DNA from: an uncultured Lachnospiraceae bacterium
Lineage (GTDB): Bacteria; Bacillota; Clostridia; Lachnospirales; Lachnospiraceae
Length of the DNA stretch: 42,960 bases
Reading direction: 5' to 3'
NCBI GenBank assembly: GCA_947628025.1
Contig: CANQYH010000001.1
Span: forward strand, 1-42,960
Both the position numbers and the translations under genes were made by a program. This document shows, piece by piece, positions 18,263 through 28,035 of the stretch (its first letter is position 1; each line of letters opens with the position of its first letter). The notes under the pieces were generated by a model. That model did no database searches. It was not told where the DNA came from and saw only the letters and a program-made list of their open reading frames with translations.

Positions 18263-20390
18263 AATATCGCTATATAACTTCAGCTCCTTTGAAGGATTAA
18301 ATGAATTTGATTTTTCAGTTGAAGAAGATGGAAAAAATATCATACTTATTGGCGGGAAGAACGGAGCCGGCAAGACATCCTTATTTTCTGCTATCAAAAT
18401 AGCGCTGTACGGACCGCTGGCATTTGGATATGTGGGTATTAATCCGCACTATATTGCTAAAATCAAAGATTGCATCAATTCGAGAGCGTTTCAGACTAAA
18501 AAGGTAGAGGCAAGTGTTCAGATAGACATCTCTATCCTGGTCGAAAGAGAGATAAAGCAATATGAGATAACAAGAGAATGGGACTACAGTGGTCAGAAAC
18601 TCATAGAGAACTACTATGTAACAACAGAAGGCAGAACACTCTCGGAACAGGAACTGTCCTATTTCCAGAATTATCTTCAAAGCTTAGTGCCGCCGGATCT
18701 GTTTGAGTTTTTCTTTTTTGATGGGGAAGAGGTGGGAAGTTTATTTTCCACAAGATCATATAACACATATGTGCGAAATGCGGTATATGTCCTTTGCGGC
18801 TTAGATGTCTATGAGATTATTCGAAAATACACACGCAGCTATGCTGGAAAAGCGTCTACGGAGGACGAAGCAAAGATACTCAGAGAGTATGAAAAGATAA
18901 AAAACTCTGTCGAAGCCGCTGAAAAAGCAAAAGAGAACTCTGTAATTGAGATCGAAAATCTTCAGCGTGAACTCGATCAGACAGAAACGGATTTGATCGA
19001 ACTGGAAACAGCTTTCAAAAATGCAGGAGGTCTGACGGAAAGAACAAGAAAAAAGCTGGCCCAGGAATTTGAAGCGGCTGAGAGAGTAAAAGCTGAAAAC
19101 TCAGCTAAAATAAAGATTTTTGTTGAAGACCTTATGCCTTTTTATATAGTAAGAGGGTTTAATGAGAGAGTTGCAAAACAGTTAGAAATCGAGGAGAAGG
19201 GTGAAATTTACAGCTATGTTCAAAAACAGTTGAATGCCAGAGACATCCAGAACGCTTTTACGGGAGTAATCCCTGAGGGTTTCGCTGATGCATTGATCAA
19301 GCTGCTATTGGAAAAGCTTAAGCCTGAAGGACTTAGCGAGGATGCAGTGCCTCTTTATGATCTTTCAAAAGAGGAGACGAATCGTGTAAATGCCATGATT
19401 TCCTCCATATCTGGTTTTGATGCTCCTGGGATGGTGGATATAGTCAGACAGAAACAAAAGGCCGCTGACCAGACTACGGAAATTAACCGAACCCTGAAAA
19501 ATGCGATTACAGATGAAGACGCAACACAATATATTGGAAAAGAAAACGAACTTCTGCTAAAGAAAGATAAGTTGAAGCAGAAATTATATGAAAAGAGTGC
19601 GGAGTTAGAGCAGCTTAAAACACGTCTTTCTGAACGGGAAGTAGTGCGTGAGCGCACATGGCAGCAGGTAAAGGATGTTGCCCAGAATAAGCATGTATAT
19701 GAGCTGAGTGCCGGCTTGTCGGCAATGATGGATATCCTGCTGGATAATAAGACCGTAGAAATTAGGAGGAAACTTGAGCAGCTGATCGTCGGTAATTTGA
19801 GGAAAATATATCGAAAGAACAATTTGATTACTCATATTGAAATAGATGAGGACTTTCAGTTTAATCTATACCAGGATGCTTCCTACAGTGCTGGAGAACT
19901 AGCATATCTTTTGGAGAATCTTGGAAAGACAGAGTTTGCAGTGCTGATAGGAAAGCATGGAATGGAGACGCTTTCTGAAATATATAATGCGGATTCTGTT
20001 AATATACTCCAAAGGAGCCTGTTATTTCATCCATCAGATCAGTTTGAGCTTTATAAAAATATTGATCTTAACAGACTTTCGAAAGGCGAAAGACAGATAT
20101 TTATTTTGGCATTGTATTGGGCGATCATTGAACTTTCCGGACGGGATATACCATTTGTTATTGACACGCCGTATGCGAGGATAGATGCTAATCATAGAAA
20201 AGAGATATCTGAAAAGTTTTTCCCCAATATCAGTAAACAGGTTGTTATTCTGTCTACGGATGAAGAAATAAATGAAGAGTTTTATGGAATCATCAAACCA
20301 TATATAGCCAGAGAGTATTTGCTGATCAATGAGGAAGACCAAAACAGAACAACCATAATGAACCATTATTTTTTTGAGGTGGAGGAATGA
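18249..20390 (+). CDS. dndD: DNA phosphorothioation SMC/ABC-like ATPase DndD
   Basis: Walker A GGKNGAGKT, FFFFDGEE, long coiled coil, signature LSKGERQ, Walker B PFVIDTPYARID and QVVILSTDEEI. Overlaps the dndC stop; ATG 18249 follows AAGGAG. Confidence 0.93.
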   Translation: MKINRISLYNFSSFEGLNEFDFSVEEDGKNIILIGGKNGAGKTSLFSAIKIALYGPLAFGYVGINPHYIAKIKDCINSRAFQTKKVEASVQIDISILVEREIKQYEITREWDYSGQKLIENYYVTTEGRTLSEQELSYFQNYLQSLVPPDLFEFFFFDGEEVGSLFSTRSYNTYVRNAVYVLCGLDVYEIIRKYTRSYAGKASTEDEAKILREYEKIKNSVEAAEKAKENSVIEIENLQRELDQTETDLIELETAFKNAGGLTERTRKKLAQEFEAAERVKAENSAKIKIFVEDLMPFYIVRGFNERVAKQLEIEEKGEIYSYVQKQLNARDIQNAFTGVIPEGFADALIKLLLEKLKPEGLSEDAVPLYDLSKEETNRVNAMISSISGFDAPGMVDIVRQKQKAADQTTEINRTLKNAITDEDATQYIGKENELLLKKDKLKQKLYEKSAELEQLKTRLSEREVVRERTWQQVKDVAQNKHVYELSAGLSAMMDILLDNKTVEIRRKLEQLIVGNLRKIYRKNNLITHIEIDEDFQFNLYQDASYSAGELAYLLENLGKTEFAVLIGKHGMETLSEIYNADSVNILQRSLLFHPSDQFELYKNIDLNRLSKGERQIFILALYWAIIELSGRDIPFVIDTPYARIDANHRKEISEKFFPNISKQVVILSTDEEINEEFYGIIKPYIAREYLLINEEDQNRTTIMNHYFFEVEE

Positions 20391-20767
20391 TTTTTAGATT
20401 AAAAACGTCCAGAAAAACACAAGAGATATTTAAAGAACTGGAAAACAGGACAAATTACAAGCCGTATACGCTTGTAAAACATGCTATTGCCTGGTCTCTG
20501 AATGAAAACACCTCTGTAGAGAATTATGAGTCTGATTCCGACGGGTTGGATTTAAACAGACAGACTATAACCGGAGATAATGAGGCATACTTTAAGGTGC
20601 TCATCGAGCAGGTTGAGGGGCGCCATCTGCCTGAGGACGAGTTTTTTCCAAAGTATGTAAAGGCGCATATTGATCGTGGGAGTGAGCTGCTGCTGGATAT
20701 GTTTAATCATGCCGGCAGTGTGGATAAATATATCCTTCAGGTTCTTGGTGTAGGAGATACAGTATGA
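20387..20767 (+). CDS. dndE: DNA phosphorothioation protein DndE
   Basis: 126 aa between dndD and the desulfurase; RLKTS..L...T..KPYTLVKHAIAWSL, GLDLNRQTITG and AHIDRG match the DndE pattern. ATGA overlaps on both sides. Confidence 0.85.
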   Translation: MIFRLKTSRKTQEIFKELENRTNYKPYTLVKHAIAWSLNENTSVENYESDSDGLDLNRQTITGDNEAYFKVLIEQVEGRHLPEDEFFPKYVKAHIDRGSELLLDMFNHAGSVDKYILQVLGVGDTV

Positions 20768-21957
20768 TCTATTTTGATAACAGCGCAACATCGCCGGTCG
20801 ATCCGGAAGTTTTGGATGCAATGCTGCCTTACTTAAAAGAAGAATACGGCAACCCATCAAGCAAGTATTATTGTAAGGCTGTCAATGCCCACAATGCGGT
20901 TGCAGAAGCGCGCGAACGGGTATCGAAACTGCTTGGTGCAAGCAGTGAAGAAATTATATTTACATCAGGAGCCACAGAAAGCACGAACTTTATTATTAAA
21001 GGATACCTGGATTATCGCAAGTATTATAGGGACGGGCATAATCATGTGATTACTTCTGTCGCTGAACACAAGGCTACGCTTAATACATGCAAATACCTTA
21101 ATGGGGAGCTGTACTCGAACAACGATCCGACGATAAGTCTTTTCGGAGAGAAAAAAAGAGTGGATCGCGGCTATGAAGCAACCTTTGTAGGCGTAAGCGA
21201 GACAGGTGAGATCATGCCGGAATCAATTACCGCCGCAATCAAACCGAATACTGCGTTGGTGTCTTTGATTTATGTTAATAATGAGATCGGTACGATCAGC
21301 GATGTCAAAAGCATTGCCAGGATATGCCATCAGTATGATATAAGCATTCATTCTGACCTTACACAGGCGGTCGGCAAGATGCCTGTTAATGTCTATGATA
21401 TGCAATTGGACTATGCTTCCTGTTCTGCCCATAAAATTTATGGTCCTAAAGGAATTGGCGCGGCATTCGTGAAAGCAGATGCGTATGGGTTGGCGCCAAT
21501 TACGGCTTTGATGCATGGAGGAGAACAGGAATTCGGGGTTCGCGCTGGAACATTAGCAGTCCATAATATCGTGGGTTTTGGGAAAGCGGCGGAGATTGCT
21601 TTAAGAGATGCCAAACAGAATGAAGAAAATCTTCTCAAACTTGACAGAATACTGGTAGAAAGGATTGAAAGCATTCCCTGCCTGAGGCTGACGAATCCAA
21701 CAGATAGCAGGATGCCCGGAATTGTAAGCGTTATAGTTGAGAAAAAAGACTTTAATAACGAAAGATTTGTCAAGAAAATAAGTGATCGACTGGCACTGTC
21801 AACTGGATCGGCGTGTAGTGCTGGAGAACCTTCCTACGTGATAAAGGCGCTGGGTTTGGAGGACAAGACATCCAAAGTCTTGCGCATTACGATCAACAAA
21901 TACACAACAATGGAAGCTGTGAAAGTACTGATAGATATATTAAAGAATAATCTGTAG
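20764..21957 (+). CDS. dndA: Cysteine desulfurase DndA (IscS-like, PLP-dependent)
   Basis: IYFDNSAT, GNPSS, FTSGATES, EHKA, NNEIGTI, PLP lysine SAHKIYGPKGIG and catalytic Cys STGSACSAG; coupled to dndE. Confidence 0.92.
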   Translation: MIYFDNSATSPVDPEVLDAMLPYLKEEYGNPSSKYYCKAVNAHNAVAEARERVSKLLGASSEEIIFTSGATESTNFIIKGYLDYRKYYRDGHNHVITSVAEHKATLNTCKYLNGELYSNNDPTISLFGEKKRVDRGYEATFVGVSETGEIMPESITAAIKPNTALVSLIYVNNEIGTISDVKSIARICHQYDISIHSDLTQAVGKMPVNVYDMQLDYASCSAHKIYGPKGIGAAFVKADAYGLAPITALMHGGEQEFGVRAGTLAVHNIVGFGKAAEIALRDAKQNEENLLKLDRILVERIESIPCLRLTNPTDSRMPGIVSVIVEKKDFNNERFVKKISDRLALSTGSACSAGEPSYVIKALGLEDKTSKVLRITINKYTTMEAVKVLIDILKNNL

Positions 21958-22158
21958 GACATAGATAGTGTGATTTACGAAGACAAGCTTGGCTTGAGTA
22001 AAAGATATATTCAAGCTAAGCGCAATGATACAGGAAATATAATCAGAAAGCCGCTACTACAGGCATTTATTGGTGCAACGCAGAATGTACAGAAGCTTAT
22101 GCTTAAATGCGGAATCGATTTGGAGAAAATACAAAAATATATATTGCCTATAGGGTGA
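21958..22158 (+). pseudogene. mrr: Remnant of an Mrr-family (type IV) restriction endonuclease catalytic domain
   Basis: In-frame DIDSVIYEDKLGLSKRYIQAKRNDTGNIIRKPLLQAFIGA matches the Mrr pattern GIDG.I.EDKLGL..IYIQAKR...N.VGRP.IQ.FVGA. The N-terminal domain and the following GVFITTS are missing; similarity ends near 22095. Confidence 0.8.
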
Positions 22159-22197
22159 GCGAAGACTTTTTCGAATAGTGCCAGGGGGATAACATTC

Positions 22198-25100
22198 ATG
22201 GCAATAATGATCGATCGAAAACCGGAATACAGAGGCGAGGAACTTGTGTGGGAGAGTTTTTCAAAAAACTTGCCAAATGATGTCGTTGTTTATACTCACA
22301 GAGAAGTAGTAAATGGCGATGAGTGTGATTTTGCGCTTTTGATCAAAAATTGTGGGATTCTCATAATTGAAGTTAAAGGATGGTTAGCGAAGTATATTTT
22401 TGATGTCACTAATGATGGTAATGTAGTATTAACCAACGATTCTTCTGATGAGAAAAAAATACAGGGTTCTCCCAGAATTCAAGCAAGGAAGTATAGATTT
22501 CAGTGGTTGAATTTTATCCAGGACAGGCTTGGATTTAGTCCACTTGTGCTTCATATGGTGTGCTATCCATTTATTTCGGAGAAAGAATACCATGATACGC
22601 ACCTAGACATTTTGTCAGACAGGAATATAACTTTATTTGCCGAGGATATTAAAGATCCGGTCAAGTTGGGCCGGAAAATTGATAGTTGGTTTAGTGCAAA
22701 GAAAAGTATTGTCTCTACAGTGTTCAATGATGCATGTATGTGTATGGTGAGGCAGTTGCTAGAACCCTCTTTTCAGGTTGGCAATAAAGAAATTTTGACT
22801 ATTTCTGACGCTTATTCAAAGTTGCTGATATATGGAAGAGATATTACATCCAAGGATGAAGATGCACTTGTAAAGGCATATTTTGCGGGAACTAAGATTA
22901 TTGTTTTTGTGCGTCATACAGAAGAAATAGAAAGAATAGCAAAATGGATTCAAGATGGACTAATTGAACGGAAACTAATTGCAGAAAAAGGGAATATAAG
23001 GCTCGCGAATCCTGATGAGAAGCAAGCTGCAATCTGGAAAGCAGGCGAAAGAACTTTCAGGTTATTTAATTTTGAAACATATCTTTCAGATAGCATAAAT
23101 GATCTGGATAGAGATATTGTGATTACTGAAGGCAAATTTGGAGAAGATGAAGACAGGATTCTGCGTCAGCTTAACAGGACAACCAGTTTTAACTATGAAC
23201 AATTCTGCGTTGAACATGCGGACATCGATACGAATATTCTTGTAAGAGCTGGTGCCGGGACAGGAAAAACTTATTCTATGGTTTCGCGTGTCGCGTTTCT
23301 TTGCAATACCCGGAAAATGGCCATATACAATTTGGTGGATGATGTGGCTATGATCACATTTACAAATGATGCTGCGGATAATATGAAAAAACGTTTGAAA
23401 CGGTTATTTATGAACTACTATCTTCTTACAAGAAAGAGCCGTTTTTTGCATGACATAGAATCCGTTGATATAATGCAGATTTCTACGATACATAAATTTG
23501 CGAAATCCATTATCCAGGCATCTTCCGTTGAATTTGGACTAGGGCACGATTTTTCAATTACCTCGAGTATATATGCGAAAGAGCAGCTCTATGAAAAACA
23601 TCTTAACGCCTATTTGGTACATAAGTTGGATGAAGATCAGAATTTTTATCGTAAATTACGTATGCCAGTGCGCAAATTTCGCAGATTACTCATGAATTTT
23701 GCAAAGCAGTTATATGATAAAAGCTGTGATATTAAAAAAATTTCTCCGGAGGAGTTTGGGAGTTTTAATGAGTTTGCGTTCTTTAATGAGGTTATTTCTG
23801 AGGTTATTATTCCTGCCGAAGTAGAATACAGTCAGCAGATAACATCAAAGAACAAGATAGATTTGAAAGAATGTATGATTCTCTTAAATAATGCCGTTTA
23901 TGGGTCTTTCAAGGATAAATGCGATTTGAAATATCGATACCTGTTTGTTGACGAATTTCAGGACACAGATGATATTCAGATTGATTCAATACTGAAGCTT
24001 CAGGAGATAATCTCTGGTCTCAAGCTTTTTGTAGTAGGAGATATCAAGCAGAGCATTTACCGTTTTAGGGGTGCGACAGACAGCGCTTTCTCCAGAGTCA
24101 GAAAGGATACTGCCGATTGGCGTGAAATTTCATTAACAACGAATTACAGATCGGATTATAGGTTGTTAAAGAAACTTGATAGGATATTCTCTGATATGGG
24201 GAAAAAAGGGTTCTTTAAATTTACAGCTGACACAGACAGTATCGAAAGTACGATACTTACCGCTGTGCAGGAAGCGGATATTATCAAAAAGATAGAATAC
24301 TCCGGCAACAATAAAGATGAACACATGGAGGTACTGTTCCGGGAGATTCGGAACCAGGAAGCGCTTATAGAATCATACGAAGAAAACGGACATCTAACCG
24401 ATCAGGAAAAGATAATCGCTATACTTGTCCGTGAAAACTGGCAGATAGAAAATATCCTTCAAGAGTCCAGAAAACGAGGAATATACGTAGAGACAGAGAT
24501 AGGAGGAGATTTGTATCAACTGTCTCCGGCTCTGGACCTGTATAAGCTTGTATTGGCACTCATGAACCCCAAAGATCCTGTGGTATTATATAATTTGATT
24601 TTATCAAACTATATCAACTTAAATTTAGATATTCAAGGGCTCCATGGATTAAAGAAAGAAGAGAAAGCCGATGAATTGATAAAAGCCATAAATGTTTTCC
24701 TGACTGAAAATGGCGGACTAACATGGGATGCGATTATTAAAGATCTGAAGATAAAGCCCGTGTTGGTGTTGCTCCGGGATATTTATGAAACATTGCAGCC
24801 CTGGCAGAAGTATTCTGCGGATGAGACAGGGCAAAAGTTTTATAAGGCAAATTACGAACTGGTTCTTGAAAAGATTATCAAGGCCTACAGTATGGATTAT
24901 CTTACATTGAACGTTATGGAAAACAGTCTGCATATAAATATTCTTACAAGGCAAGAAGAACTGGCGAGGAACGTTGCCGGAGAATCCAATAGGATCCGGG
25001 TACTTTGCACGACCATACATAAGTCTAAGGGGCTGGAATATGGAACGGTTATACTTCCTTACGCGAAAGAAGATATATCTATAAACAAATCCCTGTTGGA

Positions 25101-25323
25101 TGTTGTTTACTCCAATCATAAGCTGGCATATGGGATGAGAATAGATGGATCAACACGCTATTATAATTCCAATTATGATATTAAGGAAGAAAAATCTCAG
25201 AGAATACAGGAAGAGTCCAGAATTTTATATGTTGCATTGACGCGAGCGATCCGGAATGTTGTCTGGATGAAAGATCGCGATTCTAATAGTCCGGTATCAT
25301 GGCAGAAAATGATGGAGGCGTAA
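22198..25323 (+). CDS. NERD nuclease fused to a UvrD/AddA-like SF1 helicase
   Basis: N-terminal GEELVW..ECDFALL..GILIIEVKGW..SPRIQAR (NERD). SF1 motifs AGAGTGKT, ITFTNDAA, ISTIHKF, VDEFQD, VGDIKQSIYRFRGA, LTTNYRS, TIHKSKGLEY and EESRILYVALTRA. Confidence 0.88.
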   Translation: MAIMIDRKPEYRGEELVWESFSKNLPNDVVVYTHREVVNGDECDFALLIKNCGILIIEVKGWLAKYIFDVTNDGNVVLTNDSSDEKKIQGSPRIQARKYRFQWLNFIQDRLGFSPLVLHMVCYPFISEKEYHDTHLDILSDRNITLFAEDIKDPVKLGRKIDSWFSAKKSIVSTVFNDACMCMVRQLLEPSFQVGNKEILTISDAYSKLLIYGRDITSKDEDALVKAYFAGTKIIVFVRHTEEIERIAKWIQDGLIERKLIAEKGNIRLANPDEKQAAIWKAGERTFRLFNFETYLSDSINDLDRDIVITEGKFGEDEDRILRQLNRTTSFNYEQFCVEHADIDTNILVRAGAGTGKTYSMVSRVAFLCNTRKMAIYNLVDDVAMITFTNDAADNMKKRLKRLFMNYYLLTRKSRFLHDIESVDIMQISTIHKFAKSIIQASSVEFGLGHDFSITSSIYAKEQLYEKHLNAYLVHKLDEDQNFYRKLRMPVRKFRRLLMNFAKQLYDKSCDIKKISPEEFGSFNEFAFFNEVISEVIIPAEVEYSQQITSKNKIDLKECMILLNNAVYGSFKDKCDLKYRYLFVDEFQDTDDIQIDSILKLQEIISGLKLFVVGDIKQSIYRFRGATDSAFSRVRKDTADWREISLTTNYRSDYRLLKKLDRIFSDMGKKGFFKFTADTDSIESTILTAVQEADIIKKIEYSGNNKDEHMEVLFREIRNQEALIESYEENGHLTDQEKIIAILVRENWQIENILQESRKRGIYVETEIGGDLYQLSPALDLYKLVLALMNPKDPVVLYNLILSNYINLNLDIQGLHGLKKEEKADELIKAINVFLTENGGLTWDAIIKDLKIKPVLVLLRDIYETLQPWQKYSADETGQKFYKANYELVLEKIIKAYSMDYLTLNVMENSLHINILTRQEELARNVAGESNRIRVLCTTIHKSKGLEYGTVILPYAKEDISINKSLLDVVYSNHKLAYGMRIDGSTRYYNSNYDIKEEKSQRIQEESRILYVALTRAIRNVVWMKDRDSNSPVSWQKMMEA

Positions 25324-25325
25324 CG

Positions 25326-28022
25326 ATGTCGTTATCTATATATACATATAGTAATCCATATGAACTAAATAGCGAACCGTACTGGGAATCTATCAAATAT
25401 GCTGCTCATTTTTGTGTGTCTCAGACTATGGTCAATGGTCTTGAGTCAGTATACGATGAACTGCGGATTGGTCAACTGACAACAGTCGAATTCCTGACGG
25501 AAGCATTATATCCTGCGTGGGATGATACAAAAACTTACATCGAACAATATGCTGCTCTCTCGGACATATTGCAGAAAGCAAAACTTAAAGGCTCTGATGA
25601 GGACAAAGCGCGTATTAGGCAGGCGCTTGGCTTCAATAAGACAAAGATGCTTGACGGTATTCGACTCCTATCAGAAATGAACCTTGTTTTTGATAACATA
25701 GTGATTAGCAAACTTACAGAAGAGCAGAAATATCTTGTGGCAGCGTATCGTTCACTTATGAAAAGTAAATATAACCCACTATTTATATTCAAAGCATTTT
25801 TCAATAAGCAGGAGATTGATTTCGCGATAAAGAAAGCCTTACATGATGAGAATGATAGAAAAGGGATTGCATTGGATGCGGTTGATTGTGATACGGTAGT
25901 TTTTCATGGAATCCATCAGTTTACGCCGGTAATCCTGAATGCTATAGAACAGATAGCCCGGTATAAAAGAGTAGTGATGCTTTTCAATTATCAGGGACAG
26001 TACAAGGAAGTCTATCAGACATGGCTGGATGTTTATTCATGTTTTGACTTAGCTATAAAAAGCCAATTCAGCAACGAGTTCCATCCAAGCACATTGCTTT
26101 CGGCCAGTTATAAAGGAAATGTTCTTGCGGATAGCGTAGGGAAACTTGCAAACGGAGATTTTGCCGGAAAGAAGCAGGAATTAGAAAATATAGAGGCAAT
26201 TGAATTTGATAACATCACAGAATTCTCTGCATATGTGGCAAATTTGTTTGAGGATGCTCAAAGGAGGTATGAATGTGATAAGAATCACGGGAGGCGTTCG
26301 GTTCTTTCATATATGAGTGAACAGTTTTATGCGGCGGAAAATTCTGTTAATGACATACTGAAAGTTTATTTTCCGGAACAATTTGGAGAGAGACATTTTC
26401 TAGCATATCCGATAGGCCATTTTTTCATAGCTGTCACCAATATGTGGGATGCAAAAAAGGGAGGGATCCATATTGAAAATTTGGATGATGTTGCAGAGTG
26501 TCTGTTTTCAGAAGCGCTTCCGGAAAAAAGGCCGGGTGAACTGATAACAACGTTTAATGCTGTTAAAAATTATTTTTCGCGAGAGGATTCGACGACCCTT
26601 GAGGGGATAATCCAACTCATTGAAAAATTAAAAAAACAAGCTGCTAAAGTAGAAAAGGATAAAACGGGAAAACTTAGTCAGCTGAAATTGCTGGGATATT
26701 ATGGCGTAAATAAGGACGGTTTAGAGGATCTTTTATTTGCGCTGAATGCTCTGGATAAGATTACCAGGCTGTTTTATGAAGACTTTGAAGACAGAGAAAA
26801 CAATTTTAGAAATTTTTATATGAAAATTCGAGCATTTGTAGAACAGCAGATACTTCCGGGCGCGGAAGCCGAAGAGGAATTTAAAGATATTATCGTAAGG
26901 CTTCTTGCCAGACTTGAAGAAGTAGAAAAGCTTGAGGTCAGCGGGACATTTGATTGCCTCAGGGAGACCATGAGTTATTATCTGAAGCAGAAAAGTCAGA
27001 AAGGCAGGAGCGCAAACTGGATCGTAAGAGATTTTCAGCAGATTGACGGAGACGTGCTGCAGAGCTCAGGGCAGGCAGGTACAATTACATACCACTTTGC
27101 CTGTGTTTCGGATGCTGATATGAATGTAAAAAGGGAGGATCTGTTTCCGTGGCCTCTTAATATGGATTTTTTTGAAACTGCTTATGAGCCGCTGGACTGG
27201 AAGTATCAGGTATATGTTAAATCAAGGCGGGAATATAAACATTTTAAGAGATATGCGCTGCTTTATGGGCTGGAATTTAATCGGTGCGATTTTAAAATCA
27301 GCTATGTGAAGAATGTTGATGATAAAGAAAATGAATTGTATTATCTGCTGCAGTTCTTAGGGGTGAAACCGAATGGCAGGCCATATCATGGGAAAGAAAA
27401 TAAAACGATAAAAGCGATGTCGTATAATATAGATTTTCAGCAGGTGCCTTTCTCTGATATGGATTGTTATCGTAAGAAAATATGTCCTTATCGGTTTGCG
27501 CTTGAATCTATTATAGAAGACGGGACGCGTTTTAAAGATAGATTTCTTCTGAAAAAATATTTTGAAGTGATACTTGAAAATAATGTAAGACGAAGTCTTG
27601 TGGGACAACCGGCCACAGATATGATACTCATGACTGAACTAAAGACGGAAGCGGATCGATTAGGCCGTTATTTCAGGTTTATGATTGATTCCGAAAAGCT
27701 GGATATTATTAGTAATGCCCGGAACTATATATTTACAACCGTGTTAAACCATGGTCAGCCGAAACAATTCCCTGCCGTTAATCCGGTTGATTCTGAAAGG
27801 ATGAAGAAACGGGAAATATTCCTTATGCTAAGACTCGAGAATGACGAAAAGCAGAACGTACTCCATGGAAAATTTGAGGTTACCAATGCCGAAAGGGATA
27901 GACTGGTATCCACGGCAGTTCTTAAGTCTGAGGTTTATGAGAAAAAACAGGATTTATGGTGCCAGTGGTGTGCTGTCAGAGAAATCTGTTTGGCACCGTA
28001 TATGACTGCCATGGAGAATTAG
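25326..28022 (+). CDS. AddB-like protein (inactive helicase-like body, C-terminal four-Cys Fe-S staple)
   Basis: VVFHGIHQFTP resembles the AddB DGFxxFTP segment. C-terminal ICPYRF ... WCQWCAVREIC resembles the AddB/Cas4 C..CxxC-x5-C ligands. No Walker A. ATG 25326 follows GGAGG, 2 nt after the helicase stop. Confidence 0.6.
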   Translation: MSLSIYTYSNPYELNSEPYWESIKYAAHFCVSQTMVNGLESVYDELRIGQLTTVEFLTEALYPAWDDTKTYIEQYAALSDILQKAKLKGSDEDKARIRQALGFNKTKMLDGIRLLSEMNLVFDNIVISKLTEEQKYLVAAYRSLMKSKYNPLFIFKAFFNKQEIDFAIKKALHDENDRKGIALDAVDCDTVVFHGIHQFTPVILNAIEQIARYKRVVMLFNYQGQYKEVYQTWLDVYSCFDLAIKSQFSNEFHPSTLLSASYKGNVLADSVGKLANGDFAGKKQELENIEAIEFDNITEFSAYVANLFEDAQRRYECDKNHGRRSVLSYMSEQFYAAENSVNDILKVYFPEQFGERHFLAYPIGHFFIAVTNMWDAKKGGIHIENLDDVAECLFSEALPEKRPGELITTFNAVKNYFSREDSTTLEGIIQLIEKLKKQAAKVEKDKTGKLSQLKLLGYYGVNKDGLEDLLFALNALDKITRLFYEDFEDRENNFRNFYMKIRAFVEQQILPGAEAEEEFKDIIVRLLARLEEVEKLEVSGTFDCLRETMSYYLKQKSQKGRSANWIVRDFQQIDGDVLQSSGQAGTITYHFACVSDADMNVKREDLFPWPLNMDFFETAYEPLDWKYQVYVKSRREYKHFKRYALLYGLEFNRCDFKISYVKNVDDKENELYYLLQFLGVKPNGRPYHGKENKTIKAMSYNIDFQQVPFSDMDCYRKKICPYRFALESIIEDGTRFKDRFLLKKYFEVILENNVRRSLVGQPATDMILMTELKTEADRLGRYFRFMIDSEKLDIISNARNYIFTTVLNHGQPKQFPAVNPVDSERMKKREIFLMLRLENDEKQNVLHGKFEVTNAERDRLVSTAVLKSEVYEKKQDLWCQWCAVREICLAPYMTAMEN

Positions 28023-28035
28023 GAAAGGGATAGTA

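Noticed and set aside
22198-25323. Gabija GajB or housekeeping PcrA/AddA
   Set aside because: No OLD/TOPRIM GajA partner is adjacent. The N-terminal NERD domain, the missing C-terminal nuclease and the island location argue against core repair genes.
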